DNA from: an uncultured Dehalococcoidia bacterium
Lineage (GTDB): Bacteria; Chloroflexota; Dehalococcoidia; Lucifugimonadales; CAJWUJ01
Assembly: GCA_913047625.1 (NCBI GenBank)
Contig: CAJWUJ010000006.1
Location: forward strand, 695-64,694
Reading direction: 5' to 3'
DNA length: 64,000 nt
Shown here: positions 1-8,802 of the stretch, piece after piece
Layout of the letters: the number at the start of each line of letters is the position of its first letter
How positions within the stretch are numbered: the first letter of the stretch is position 1
Notes under the pieces: generated by a model
The model's input: only the letters and a program-made list of their open reading frames with translations
The model's database searches: none
What the model was told of the DNA's origin: nothing
Program-made: the position numbers and the translations under genes

Positions 1-1
1 C

Positions 2-433
2 ATAACACTACGGTCTCTTCCCAATAAACCTGGCACCGCAGCTAAGATTTTCGGAACCTTGGCTAAATCGAGTATTAGTGTTGATACAATAGTAAAGAAT
101 GCTAGCTTTGAAAATCAATCAGATCTAACCTTCACAGTATCAAGGGCTGATCTCGAAAAATCACTAGGTATAGTCAAATCGATAGTATTAAATACTAGTA
201 ATACCAGTATTTCTTCTAACGCCACACTCGCGAAAGTGAGTATTGTAGGAACCAATATGCAAAAGACTCCAGGTTTTGCTGCACAAGTATTTAAAACTTT
301 GGCCAAGAATCATATAGATGTTTTGCTAATCGCTACTTCCGAGATCCGTATTACGTGCGTCATTCCCGAAAAACAAGTCCCTACTGCTGTCGTATCTCTT
401 CATGATGTATTCAAATTGAATAAAGCAAGCTGA
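2..433 (+). CDS. lysC: Aspartate kinase, C-terminal ACT regulatory domains (5'-truncated by window edge)
   Basis: The frame is open from nt 2. Translation ITLRSLPNKPGTAAKIFGTLAKSSISVDTIV...VSIVGTNMQKTPGFAAQVFKTLAKNHIDVLLIATSEIRITCVI shows the two ACT-domain motifs typical of the aspartokinase C-terminus. The ATG at 59 is internal. Confidence 0.8.
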   Translation: MTLRSLPNKPGTAAKIFGTLAKSSISVDTIVKNASFENQSDLTFTVSRADLEKSLGIVKSIVLNTSNTSISSNATLAKVSIVGTNMQKTPGFAAQVFKTLAKNHIDVLLIATSEIRITCVIPEKQVPTAVVSLHDVFKLNKAS

Positions 434-440
434 TATTACT

Positions 441-1184
441 ATGACTAGTCCCTTAATTTCACTGATAGTTCCCTGTTTTAACGAACAACGAAGGGTGAAA
501 GAATCCATCGAGGCAATTGCAGCTTTCTTCTCAGAGGAAGAAGAATTCGAATTAGTGATTGTAGATGACGGTAGCACAGACCACACAGCCTCTATAGTAG
601 AAACATTAATTGCATCAAATTCTTCACTTGTCAAAAATACCCGCCTGATACGAGTTAGCCATAAAGGCAAAGGTTGGGCAGTACGCAATGGAATGGTCAA
701 CTCGAAAGCAAAATATCGATTTATTTCCGATTTAGACCTATCAGTTTCCCTTACTCACATTAAAGAATTCGTCAAATCAATGAAAAACGGTGCAGATGTA
801 GTTATTGCCTCTCGACAACTTAATGGATCGCAACGACTCAATGAGCCAAGACGACGATTCTTTGCTAGCAGATTCTTCAACCAAATTATTAGATGTTTTC
901 TATTACTCGGAGTATCTGATAGCCAATGTGGCTTTAAAGGATTTACAGGAGATACCGCTGATGCACTTTTTTCAGTTCAATGCCTAAACGGATACTGTTT
1001 TGATCCAGAAGTACTGTTTATAGCTAAAAAGATGAATTATACCGTTGTAGAAAGCCCTGTAATCTGGACTCACCAAGTCGCAAGCAAGATTAATCTAAAA
1101 GTTGATTCGATAAAAATGGTCTGGGATTTACTCCGAATACGCATATATTCGATAACAGGGAAATATACTCAACCCAATAAGTGA
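441..1184 (+). CDS. Family 2 glycosyltransferase (polyprenyl-phosphate glycosyltransferase-like)
   Basis: N-terminal LISLIVPCFNE...ELVIVDDGSTDHT and a later SDLD (DxD-like) motif, the GT-A fold GT2 signature. 247 aa. Confidence 0.8.
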   Translation: MTSPLISLIVPCFNEQRRVKESIEAIAAFFSEEEEFELVIVDDGSTDHTASIVETLIASNSSLVKNTRLIRVSHKGKGWAVRNGMVNSKAKYRFISDLDLSVSLTHIKEFVKSMKNGADVVIASRQLNGSQRLNEPRRRFFASRFFNQIIRCFLLLGVSDSQCGFKGFTGDTADALFSVQCLNGYCFDPEVLFIAKKMNYTVVESPVIWTHQVASKINLKVDSIKMVWDLLRIRIYSITGKYTQPNK

Positions 1185-1297
1185 ATTTAAACTGCCACCG
1201 CATCCTAAAAATACTAAACCACATGTAAACCTATCAAAGGTTTGAAGGAAATATTCGCACATTTGCTCCCCTATTCAAGAAATTCTCATAATTGATA

Positions 1298-1326
1298 TTG
1301 ATTTTTTTTGATAATATGCTTAATAT
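1298..1326 (+). promoter_or_regulatory. Candidate sigma70-type promoter for the TPR gene (TTGATT-N17-TAATAT)
   Basis: TTGATT at 1298-1303, 17-nt spacer, TAATAT at 1321-1326, 27 nt upstream of the ATG at 1354. GAAGGA at 1337-1342 is a possible RBS. AT-rich context, so a chance match is possible. Confidence 0.3.
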
Positions 1327-1353
1327 TCCTGTTCCTGAAGGATCTTTCGATTC

Positions 1354-2199
1354 ATGTATTCTCAAAACCATAATAATCAGGAACAATTCAATTATAAATC
1401 CATGGTGGATCAAGCTATCCAATTAGCCATTAAGGGTGAGTGGGATGCAGCCATCAAAATTAATCAAGAATTAGTCTGCTTGAATCCAAAAGAAACCAAC
1501 ACATATAACCGGCTAGGAAAAGCGTTTGAGGAAATCGGAGATTATGAAAATGCAAAACAATCTTTCCAGAAGGCTCTATCGTTATCCCCCTACAACAACA
1601 TCGCTGCTAGAAATTTAAGTAGGTTAAATCAGCTAGTCTCTTCCCGACACCCGGCAAAACGGTCCAGAAAACTCTCCCCTAGCGCTTTCATAGGTGAACA
1701 AGGCAAAACTATCACTACACTTCTGCATGAAATTCACGCAAAACAGACTTATTATCAATTAGTCCCAGGAGATCTTCTTGAACTTAATATCAAATCCAAT
1801 ACTTTAGTAATTTCTGATCCAAACCGTGTGATTACCGCAAGTTTAGATCGGCCTGTAGCATCCAGATTAGTCAAACTAATCTCTGGGGGAAACAAATACA
1901 GGGCGTCTGTTGCTTCGATCGACGAAGAAGGCATACACATTATGATTCAAGAAACCTATCAACACCCATCCCAAATTGACGTAACATCTTTCCCCACTTA
2001 TAAATCAACAATACGGAGAAAGGCCGCTGCTCCTATAGGAATAGATTTAGATGATCTTGAAGAACCAGTAGAAGATCGCGATCCTCTGGAAATCCACCTA
2101 GGCGATGATGAATATATAGAGCCGCAGATAAACTGCACTCAAAATACTGACGATATCACACCGGAACACCGTACAGATGACGATCATTTTGTAAAATAA
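1354..2199 (+). CDS. TPR-repeat protein with uncharacterised C-terminal domain and acidic tail
   Basis: Residues ~15-95 read as TPR repeats (AIQLAIKGEWDAAIKINQELVCLNPKETNTYNRLGKAFEEIGDYENAKQSFQKALSLSP). I do not recognise the C-terminal ~180 aa. The last 50 aa are Asp/Glu-rich. Confidence 0.7.
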   Translation: MYSQNHNNQEQFNYKSMVDQAIQLAIKGEWDAAIKINQELVCLNPKETNTYNRLGKAFEEIGDYENAKQSFQKALSLSPYNNIAARNLSRLNQLVSSRHPAKRSRKLSPSAFIGEQGKTITTLLHEIHAKQTYYQLVPGDLLELNIKSNTLVISDPNRVITASLDRPVASRLVKLISGGNKYRASVASIDEEGIHIMIQETYQHPSQIDVTSFPTYKSTIRRKAAAPIGIDLDDLEEPVEDRDPLEIHLGDDEYIEPQINCTQNTDDITPEHRTDDDHFVK

Positions 2200-2221
2200 G
2201 TAATTAATTTCTCAATAAAGT

Positions 2222-2899
2222 ATGCAAAGGAACGAAATGTCTCCCCAGCCTTGTCAACCTACGATAGGAATCATCTCTAAAGAACCTCAGGACCAAAGAT
2301 ATATTGCGGAGATAGAAAGTCGTGATGGGCTTGCCAAAGTAATCCGCCTGGACATGCCTATTTCATCAAATGATCAGCTGGATTCTATTGATGGGATTAT
2401 CGTAGCAGATCATATGAGCAATCCAAGATTACCTATAGCCGAGAAACCTGCCTATGATGAGGTTTTACTATTTTTACAAGATTGCTTAGCCCGCAAAATA
2501 CCTTTCTTAGGGATTGGTGAAGGTATGTTGACCCTTAATCATCTATTCACAGAATATGACGGAGAAAACATTGGATATACCAATCCAGCTTCTTCAATAC
2601 ATAGCCAGGATAGAACGGTACAGATATTTGTCCCACCAGGAACTAAGTTAGCGAGCATAATCGGATGCGGTGGATTCTTTAAAGTCGATAGAATGGATCA
2701 CCCTAAATTACCCCTTTCAAGAATCAGTAAAAGTCTGATGGTTAATGCTTATTCCCTCGATGGAACATGGGGTGAGGGCATTGAAAGCATCAAGCACCCG
2801 TGGGCTATCGGAATTAACTGGATTCCTTATCCCCATGATCAATCAAGCAGAGCTTTTACCGCATTGTTCAGCAGCTTGGTCCACTGTGCCAATAAATAG
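2222..2899 (+). CDS. Class I glutamine amidotransferase / peptidase C26-like protein with degenerate catalytic triad
   Basis: It aligns by eye with the PuuD/C26 pattern (DGIIV...PFLGIGEGM...ESIKHPWAIGINWIPY). The nucleophile position reads GIGEG instead of GICRG, and WHPE is replaced by WIPY. An alternative start is ATG 2237, preceded by AAGGA. Confidence 0.65.
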   Translation: MQRNEMSPQPCQPTIGIISKEPQDQRYIAEIESRDGLAKVIRLDMPISSNDQLDSIDGIIVADHMSNPRLPIAEKPAYDEVLLFLQDCLARKIPFLGIGEGMLTLNHLFTEYDGENIGYTNPASSIHSQDRTVQIFVPPGTKLASIIGCGGFFKVDRMDHPKLPLSRISKSLMVNAYSLDGTWGEGIESIKHPWAIGINWIPYPHDQSSRAFTALFSSLVHCANK

Positions 2900-2943
2900 C
2901 CACACCTTTGTTTTAATTACCGCACTTTTTTCACATTGATTTG

Positions 2944-2972
2944 TTGCACTGTTCCGCCTAACTTGCTACAAT
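2944..2972 (+). promoter_or_regulatory. Candidate promoter for gyrA (TTGCAC-N17-TACAAT)
   Basis: TTGCAC at 2944-2949, exact 17-nt spacer, TACAAT at 2967-2972. It would give a ~165-nt 5' UTR before the gyrA ATG at 3143. Confidence 0.4.
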
Positions 2973-3142
2973 ATATTGTACGATTTAAAGGGCAACTACT
3001 AAATATAGCATTTGGTGCGATATTCCCTACTAATATGCAATCGAAAAAGGTAACTAATTACAACAGCTAATAGGACCACTGCGACAAACTACCAGATCGC
3101 AACACAAAGCTCCAACCATTAGCGGGTACATTCGGATAAATC

Positions 3143-5623
3143 ATGGTATCTACAGGTAATATACAACCAGTCAAAATTGAAGAAGAGATGCAAAATGCAT
3201 ACTTAGACTATGCAATGAGCGTCATTGTATCGAGAGCATTGCCAGATGTTAGAGATGGTCTCAAACCAGTCCATCGGAGAATCTTGTACGCCATGCACGA
3301 ACTGGGCATGACCCCCAATTCTCCACATAGAAAATGTGCACGAATTGTTGGAGAAGTCCTTGGAAAATTCCATCCACATGGAGATGGTCCAGTCTATGAT
3401 TCTTTAGTTAGAATGGCTCAAGACTTTTCACTCAGATACCCTTTAATTGACGGGCAAGGTAACTTTGGAAGTATTGATGACGATCCGCCAGCAGCGATGA
3501 GATATACAGAAGCCCGGCTTGCCCCCGTAGCTCAGGAAATGCTGGCTAACATAGAGCAAGACACGGTGCCCTTCGCTCCTAATTTTGACGACTCAATCCA
3601 AGAACCTCGTGTTCTTCCTACCAAACTACCAAACTTACTGGTGAACGGTACCACTGGCATCGCAGTTGGAATGACCACAAGTATTCCTCCTCATAATCTC
3701 GGTGAGGTTTGTGATGCATTAGTGTACATAATTGATCATTCTGAACTAAACGATGAAGGTAATTTAATTCCAGGAGTTACAGTTGATGAACTCCTTAAAC
3801 TTGTCAAAGGACCTGATTTCCCGACAGCTGCTACTGTCAAAGGTGTTCAGGGAATCAGAGAAGCGTTTGAAACAGGTTATGGGCGAGTTACTCTGGAAGC
3901 TAAAACAGAAATGGAAGAAGATAAATCCGGAAGATCCAACATAATAGTAAAAGAGCTTCCATATATGCTCAACAAAGCCTCATTGGTGGAAAAAATAGCT
4001 CTACTTATAAAAGACAAGAAAGTAGAAGGAATGGCAGAAGTAAGAGATGAGTCCAACCGTGAAGGTATTCGTATAGTCATTGGTTTAAGTCGCACAGCAC
4101 AAAAAGACAGGGTGCTCAACAACCTTTTCAAACATACGCCGTTACGGACAGCAATTTTCTACAATATGGTAGCTCTTGTCGACGGACAACCGCGCGTTCT
4201 CCCTTTTGCGGAATCTCTGTACGAATTCATAAAATTCCGGCAAACAGTTATTGTAAATAAATCAATATTTGAGTTGAAAAAAGCTAAAGACAGGGCTCAT
4301 ATTCTAGAAGGTCTACGAATAGCTCTATCAAATCTGGATGCGGTCATTGATCTCATCAAAAAATCAGCAGATGTAGAGCAAGCTCGCGAACAACTCAAAG
4401 CAAAGTATGATTTATCTCCTGAACAAGCCCAAGCTATCTTAGATATGCAATTGAGACGTATTGCCTCTCTTGAGCGAGAAAAAATTGAAACTGAGTACAC
4501 GAATTTACAGAAATTAATAGTAGAGCTTGAATCCATAATCGCCAGTCCTAAAAAAGTTCTATCGGCGATCAAAGATGAAACCCAAAGTCTAAAAGAACGA
4601 TACAAATCAAAGAGACGAACAGTAATCAATAAAGAAGAAGCAAAAGTATATACAGATGAGGAGCTTATACCCAATAGAGACGTTGTAGTTACTCTTAGTA
4701 ATCGAGATTATCTCAAGTCAATACCTTTAGATAATCAACGATTGCAAAGAAGAGGGGGAAGAGGAAGTCGGGGGCAAGTAGTCAGAGAAGATGATGCAGT
4801 TCAACATCTGATAATTGCTGATACACACGATAGACTCCTCTTTTTTACTAAGTCTGGAAGAGTCTATATGCGAAAATGTTGGGAACTCCGAATGGATGAT
4901 TCGAAAGCAACCCGAGGAGTTCCTATCATCAACGTCATCAACATAGATCAGAACGAACGAATAAGTGCGATGTTGGCGGTACCGAATATTCAAGCCGACA
5001 TGGAAATAGTTTTAGCTACAAAGCTTGGTCAAACTAAGCGAATGGCTCTAAAACGATTTGCCAATATCAGAAGTAACGGACTGATAGCAATCAACCTTAA
5101 AGAAAAAGATGAGCTGGTTTCGGTGAAGCTCGCCCACTCGAGTGATGATGTGATCATAATTTCTAAAAATGGACAAGGTATCCGTTTCCCGGTAGCTCAA
5201 ATGATGCAAAGATCGCGCACAGCTAGCACGACTCGAGGTATCCGACTAGTCAACAATGATACTGTCATCAGTATGGATATAGCAGTAGATGAAGCCCATA
5301 TTCTTACCCTGAGCGAACAAGGATTCGGGAAATTAACACCGGTGTCTTCATATCCAGTTCATAATAGAGGTGGCCAAGGCGTGCGGGCGTTTAGAATCAC
5401 GGAAAAAACCGGGCCTCTGGCTGCAGCAGAAATAGTTGCGAATACTAACGAGTTGATTGTTGGTTCCGCCAAAGCTATGGTAATCCGTGTAGCCCTTTCA
5501 GAAATACCATCTCTAGGTAGACAAACATCAGGAGTTATGGTTATGAGAAAACTAGGAGCAGACGATCGAGTTGTTTCAGTTGCATGTCTCACAGATAGGG
5601 CTAACGAAGCTTCAGATAACTAG
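3143..5623 (+). CDS. gyrA: DNA gyrase subunit A
   Basis: [59 protein letters not shown] (active-site Tyr) and a GyrA-box-like [10 protein letters not shown] in the C-terminal beta-pinwheel. 826 aa. Confidence 0.97.
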   Translation: MVSTGNIQPVKIEEEMQNAYLDYAMSVIVSRALPDVRDGLKPVHRRILYAMHELGMTPNSPHRKCARIVGEVLGKFHPHGDGPVYDSLVRMAQDFSLRYPLIDGQGNFGSIDDDPPAAMRYTEARLAPVAQEMLANIEQDTVPFAPNFDDSIQEPRVLPTKLPNLLVNGTTGIAVGMTTSIPPHNLGEVCDALVYIIDHSELNDEGNLIPGVTVDELLKLVKGPDFPTAATVKGVQGIREAFETGYGRVTLEAKTEMEEDKSGRSNIIVKELPYMLNKASLVEKIALLIKDKKVEGMAEVRDESNREGIRIVIGLSRTAQKDRVLNNLFKHTPLRTAIFYNMVALVDGQPRVLPFAESLYEFIKFRQTVIVNKSIFELKKAKDRAHILEGLRIALSNLDAVIDLIKKSADVEQAREQLKAKYDLSPEQAQAILDMQLRRIASLEREKIETEYTNLQKLIVELESIIASPKKVLSAIKDETQSLKERYKSKRRTVINKEEAKVYTDEELIPNRDVVVTLSNRDYLKSIPLDNQRLQRRGGRGSRGQVVREDDAVQHLIIADTHDRLLFFTKSGRVYMRKCWELRMDDSKATRGVPIINVINIDQNERISAMLAVPNIQADMEIVLATKLGQTKRMALKRFANIRSNGLIAINLKEKDELVSVKLAHSSDDVIIISKNGQGIRFPVAQMMQRSRTASTTRGIRLVNNDTVISMDIAVDEAHILTLSEQGFGKLTPVSSYPVHNRGGQGVRAFRITEKTGPLAAAEIVANTNELIVGSAKAMVIRVALSEIPSLGRQTSGVMVMRKLGADDRVVSVACLTDRANEASDN

Positions 5624-5664
5624 TACGCCAAGTGATTCGCTGGGCTAAAACCGCCATCACTTCC

Positions 5665-6147
5665 CTAATCTCCAGCCATCTCCTCCCACTTGCCTTCGAA
5701 AAACAACAGAGGCGATCCTGAATAAATCTTCGTTTTCTTAACCAAACCAATAAAGACTGAGTGGTCACCATATGTATGCTGGTTTTCCACAAGGCATTCG
5801 AGAAAGCCTAAACAGCCTGAAATCATAGGCATACTATGCGAATCTAAATCATATGGGACACTTGCACCTTCGCAGTCATTTTTTTCACTTTGGGAAGATT
5901 GAAGAGCAATTGCTTGTTGATCACTACGTAAGATACTAATTCCAAACCTACCAGTCTCTTCAAGAAATTTAAAACTATTTCGCTCATGACCGACAGATAT
6001 AAGAATTAATGGAGGAAGCAAAGAAACAGATGTCAAAGAATTTGCAGTCATAAAATGGGGTCGACCAATTTTATCTACGGTAGTAACTACCACTACTCCC
6101 GTAGCAAATTTGCCCATGACCAATCGCATATCACTTTCTGAAACCAC
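5665..6147 (-). CDS. Flavin reductase-like FMN-binding domain protein
   Basis: MGKFATGVVVVTT...MTANSLTSVSLLPPLILISV matches the flavin reductase domain core. 160 aa. Confidence 0.8.
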   Translation of the reverse strand: MVSESDMRLVMGKFATGVVVVTTVDKIGRPHFMTANSLTSVSLLPPLILISVGHERNSFKFLEETGRFGISILRSDQQAIALQSSQSEKNDCEGASVPYDLDSHSMPMISGCLGFLECLVENQHTYGDHSVFIGLVKKTKIYSGSPLLFFEGKWEEMAGD

Positions 6148-6231
6148 CTTTTCATTCTAACATATGAGCTACGAGGGGATGAAAATACCGTAATACACGG
6201 TGCCCATAACAACAATTCAACAGATTAAATC

Positions 6232-6261
6232 TTGACACCTTAGACCAAGGCTTCGTACAAT
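6232..6261 (+). promoter_or_regulatory. Candidate promoter for rplU-rpmA-rpmE (TTGACA-N18-TACAAT)
   Basis: Perfect -35 TTGACA at 6232-6237, 18-nt spacer, TACAAT at 6256-6261. It lies only ~15 nt upstream of the annotated ATG at 6276. Confidence 0.5.
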
Positions 6262-6275
6262 TGAACCTTTGAGGA

Positions 6276-6680
6276 ATGAAAACAGTGCCATACGCAGTAA
6301 TAGAATCTGGTGGAAAACAATACAAGGTTGAACCAGGAGACTGGATAAAAGTTGAAAAGCTTGACTCCGAAGAAGGATCTTTGGTCGAGCTCAGTAATGT
6401 CCTGGTAGTTTCCCAAAATGATAAGACTATCATAGGAAATCCTTCGATCGAAGGAGCTAGAGTAACTGCAACGATAGCATCTCACGGCAAAGATAAGAAA
6501 ACAATTATTTTTAAATTTAAATCTAAGAATCGCTATCGTCGGAAGCAAGGGCATCGACAAAGCTACACTCAGTTAAATATTCAAGAAATACTGACAAGTA
6601 CCAAGGAAACACCAACGGGTACTAAGTCAGCTAGGACAACTAAACCAAAAGCTAAGAGCACTCCTACGAAAGAATCATAA
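6276..6680 (+). CDS. rplU: 50S ribosomal protein L21 with Lys/Thr-rich C-terminal extension
   Basis: YAVIESGGKQYKVEPGDWIKVEKL is the canonical L21 N-terminus. GAGGA abuts ATG 6276, so GTG 6285 (9-nt spacing, giving MPYAVIESGG) is a plausible alternative start. Confidence 0.93.
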   Translation: MKTVPYAVIESGGKQYKVEPGDWIKVEKLDSEEGSLVELSNVLVVSQNDKTIIGNPSIEGARVTATIASHGKDKKTIIFKFKSKNRYRRKQGHRQSYTQLNIQEILTSTKETPTGTKSARTTKPKAKSTPTKES

Positions 6681-6736
6681 TCAACCCGAAGGGAACCGCA
6701 AAGTTTCTCTTGTAGCAATGAAAGGGGATCACAAGC

Positions 6737-6985
6737 ATGGCTCATAAAAAAGCAGGCGGAAGCAGTCGAAACGGTAGAGACAGCCAGTCAAAACGTCTTG
6801 GCGTGAAGAAGTTTGGTGGCGAGTCTGTTAGAGCTGGAAACATTATCATCAGACAACGCGGCACTCGGATCAGGCCTGGAAACAATGTCTTCATGGGTCG
6901 AGACTTTACTATTCATGCAGGCATAGATGGAATAGTTAAATTTGAATATTTAACTAAGACTAAGAAACAAGCTAGCGTTTACTAA
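6737..6985 (+). CDS. rpmA: 50S ribosomal protein L27
   Basis: [51 protein letters not shown] is near-invariant L27 sequence. Confidence 0.97.
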   Translation: MAHKKAGGSSRNGRDSQSKRLGVKKFGGESVRAGNIIIRQRGTRIRPGNNVFMGRDFTIHAGIDGIVKFEYLTKTKKQASVY

Positions 6986-7000
6986 TATATTGGAAATACT

Positions 7001-7204
7001 ATGAAAGCTGATTTACACCCACAATATTTTCAAACTGCTGTTATCACTTGCGGATGCGGTAGCAAGGTGTCCACAGGATCCACTAAAGAGAATATCCGTA
7101 TTGAGGTTTGCAGTAAGTGCCATCCTTTTGTAACAGGTGAGCAAAAGATCGTAGATACAGAGGGGAGAGTGGAAAGATTGCGGCGACGTTTCAACCTGCA
7201 ATAG
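7001..7204 (+). CDS. rpmE: 50S ribosomal protein L31 (Cys-containing, Zn-ribbon type)
   Basis: MKADLHPQY...CGCG...CSKCHPFVTGEQKIVDTEGRVERLRRRF. Both Cys pairs are retained. Confidence 0.95.
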   Translation: MKADLHPQYFQTAVITCGCGSKVSTGSTKENIRIEVCSKCHPFVTGEQKIVDTEGRVERLRRRFNLQ

Positions 7205-7255
7205 GTTGAAGTAGACTTATTTGTTGCCTTAATATTCTTTCCAAATGAATATTAC

Positions 7256-8143
7256 ATGTCTTCGCATCTGGGATACGGTGGTCAGGCAGTCTTAGAAGGA
7301 GTCATGATTCGGGGCAAGCGCTTTTTCTCAGTTGCAGCACGAGATCCTGACGGTAATATCCAATCAATCACTCGCCCTGTAAACATGCTTTACACTGGGA
7401 TTTTTCGCAAGATACCACTAATTCGGGGAGTTGTAATTCTAATTGAGACACTACTATTAGGTATTACAGCTCTGAATTACTCCGCTAATGTAGCACTTGA
7501 AAAAGACACCTCTGAAAAAACGAGCTACTGGTCAATTGGGATAACCATGGTTTGTTCTCTAGTTCTAGGCATAGCGATATTCTTTATTCTACCTCTCTTC
7601 CTATCCCGTATCGTTGAGTCCCAGCTCCAGTCAGAATTTTATGCCAACGTAGCTGAAGGAGGAATCAGGTTAGTTGTACTTTTCTTGTATATTCTGGCTA
7701 TCGGAAGAATGAAGGACATTCAAAGAGTATTCTGCTACCACGGAGCAGAGCATATGACAATTCATGCATTCGAAAACGGAGACCAACTTAACATTCCTTC
7801 AATCAGGAAATACCCGACAGCACACCCAAGGTGCGGAACTGCATTCCTCCTAACAGTGGTACTTGTATCTATTGTTGTTTTCACTTTACTTGGAAGGCCC
7901 AATCTCACTTTCTTAATATTATCTAGAATTTTGCTGATACCGATTATTGCGGGCCTGAGCTATGAAATCATCAAGATGGGAGGTAAGTATGCCTCTGTAG
8001 GAATATTCAAGGTCATTAACGCACCTAGCTTACTGATGCAATCTCTAACAACGTCACAGCCAGACGACCAACAGATCGAAGTAGCCATCCACTCATTGAC
8101 CAAGACTGTAGAGGCAGATAACGCCCTCAAGTCTAGTGCTTAA
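7256..8143 (+). CDS. DUF1385 (YqhQ-like) membrane protein
   Basis: N-terminal YGGQAVLEGVMIRG, central hydrophobic helices and HGAEHM are typical of DUF1385. This family commonly follows rpmE in other genomes (recollection). Confidence 0.8.
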   Translation: MSSHLGYGGQAVLEGVMIRGKRFFSVAARDPDGNIQSITRPVNMLYTGIFRKIPLIRGVVILIETLLLGITALNYSANVALEKDTSEKTSYWSIGITMVCSLVLGIAIFFILPLFLSRIVESQLQSEFYANVAEGGIRLVVLFLYILAIGRMKDIQRVFCYHGAEHMTIHAFENGDQLNIPSIRKYPTAHPRCGTAFLLTVVLVSIVVFTLLGRPNLTFLILSRILLIPIIAGLSYEIIKMGGKYASVGIFKVINAPSLLMQSLTTSQPDDQQIEVAIHSLTKTVEADNALKSSA

Positions 8144-8155
8144 GGAACAATTTCA

Positions 8156-8776
8156 TTAAGCACGTCTACGACGATCCAGCTCACTCCAAACTCTCTTTAA
8201 AGGCACATCTGCATCAGCTAATGCAACCAAAGAATGATAAAGGAGGTCAGCTGCCTCCTCCACTAAGTTATCTAGATCCCTCTGAACAGCTGCAATAGCT
8301 AGCTCACCAGCTTCCTCAACCACTTTCTGCGCTATTTTACCTGCCCCCTTTTCTAGAAGCTGCGCCGTGTAGCTGTTTTCCTGAGGAGAGGTCTTCCTCG
8401 ATTGAATAACACTGTAAACCTCCTCTAGAATTCCACTACTCACTTCTGCGGCTTGATATTCAACGTGTTGGTCAACCTTGTTGAAAAAACATGAATATTC
8501 ACCAGTATGGCATGTATTACCAGTGGGTTTAACTGTTAGCAACAAGGTATCATTGTCGCAATCAGCAGATATGGAAATAAGTTTCAGAAAGTTTCCGGAA
8601 GTTTCACCCTTACACCAAAGCTTTTCGCGACTCCTGCTATAGAACCAAACATTCCCAGTTTCAAAAGTTTTCTTTATCGACTCTTGGCTAACGTATCCGT
8701 GCATGAGAATTTTACCAGATCCATGTTCCTGACAAATAGCAGGAATTAGCCCTTGAGTATTCAATTGAATTTTCAT
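8156..8776 (-). CDS. hisI: Bifunctional phosphoribosyl-AMP cyclohydrolase / phosphoribosyl-ATP pyrophosphatase
   Basis: HisI part: FYSRSREKLWCKGETSGNFLKL...DCDNDTLLLTVKPTGNTCHTGEYSCF. HisE part: YTAQLLEKGAGKIAQKVVEEAGELAIAA...EEAADLLYHSLV. Confidence 0.93.
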   Translation of the reverse strand: MKIQLNTQGLIPAICQEHGSGKILMHGYVSQESIKKTFETGNVWFYSRSREKLWCKGETSGNFLKLISISADCDNDTLLLTVKPTGNTCHTGEYSCFFNKVDQHVEYQAAEVSSGILEEVYSVIQSRKTSPQENSYTAQLLEKGAGKIAQKVVEEAGELAIAAVQRDLDNLVEEAADLLYHSLVALADADVPLKRVWSELDRRRRA

Positions 8777-8802
8777 AATAAACCTCTATTATTTATTTAA
8801 CG

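Noticed and set aside
326-700. A 124-aa minus-strand ORF spanning the lysC / GT2 junction. Similar long antisense ORFs occur at 4297-4674, 6152-6560, 16429-17001, 24085-24588, 37741-38196, 45321-45629 and 63084-63473.
   Set aside because: Each lies entirely antisense to a gene with strong family motifs. They have biased, low-complexity or Ser/Arg/Leu-rich composition typical of shadow ORFs, no SD and no recognisable motif.
5624-5664. A hairpin between convergent gyrA and the flavin reductase gene (GCCAAGTG-ATT-CGCTGGGC), considered as a terminator.
   Set aside because: The stem has one mismatch and one G-U pair in 8 positions, and neither strand has a U-tract. That is not enough to call a terminator.
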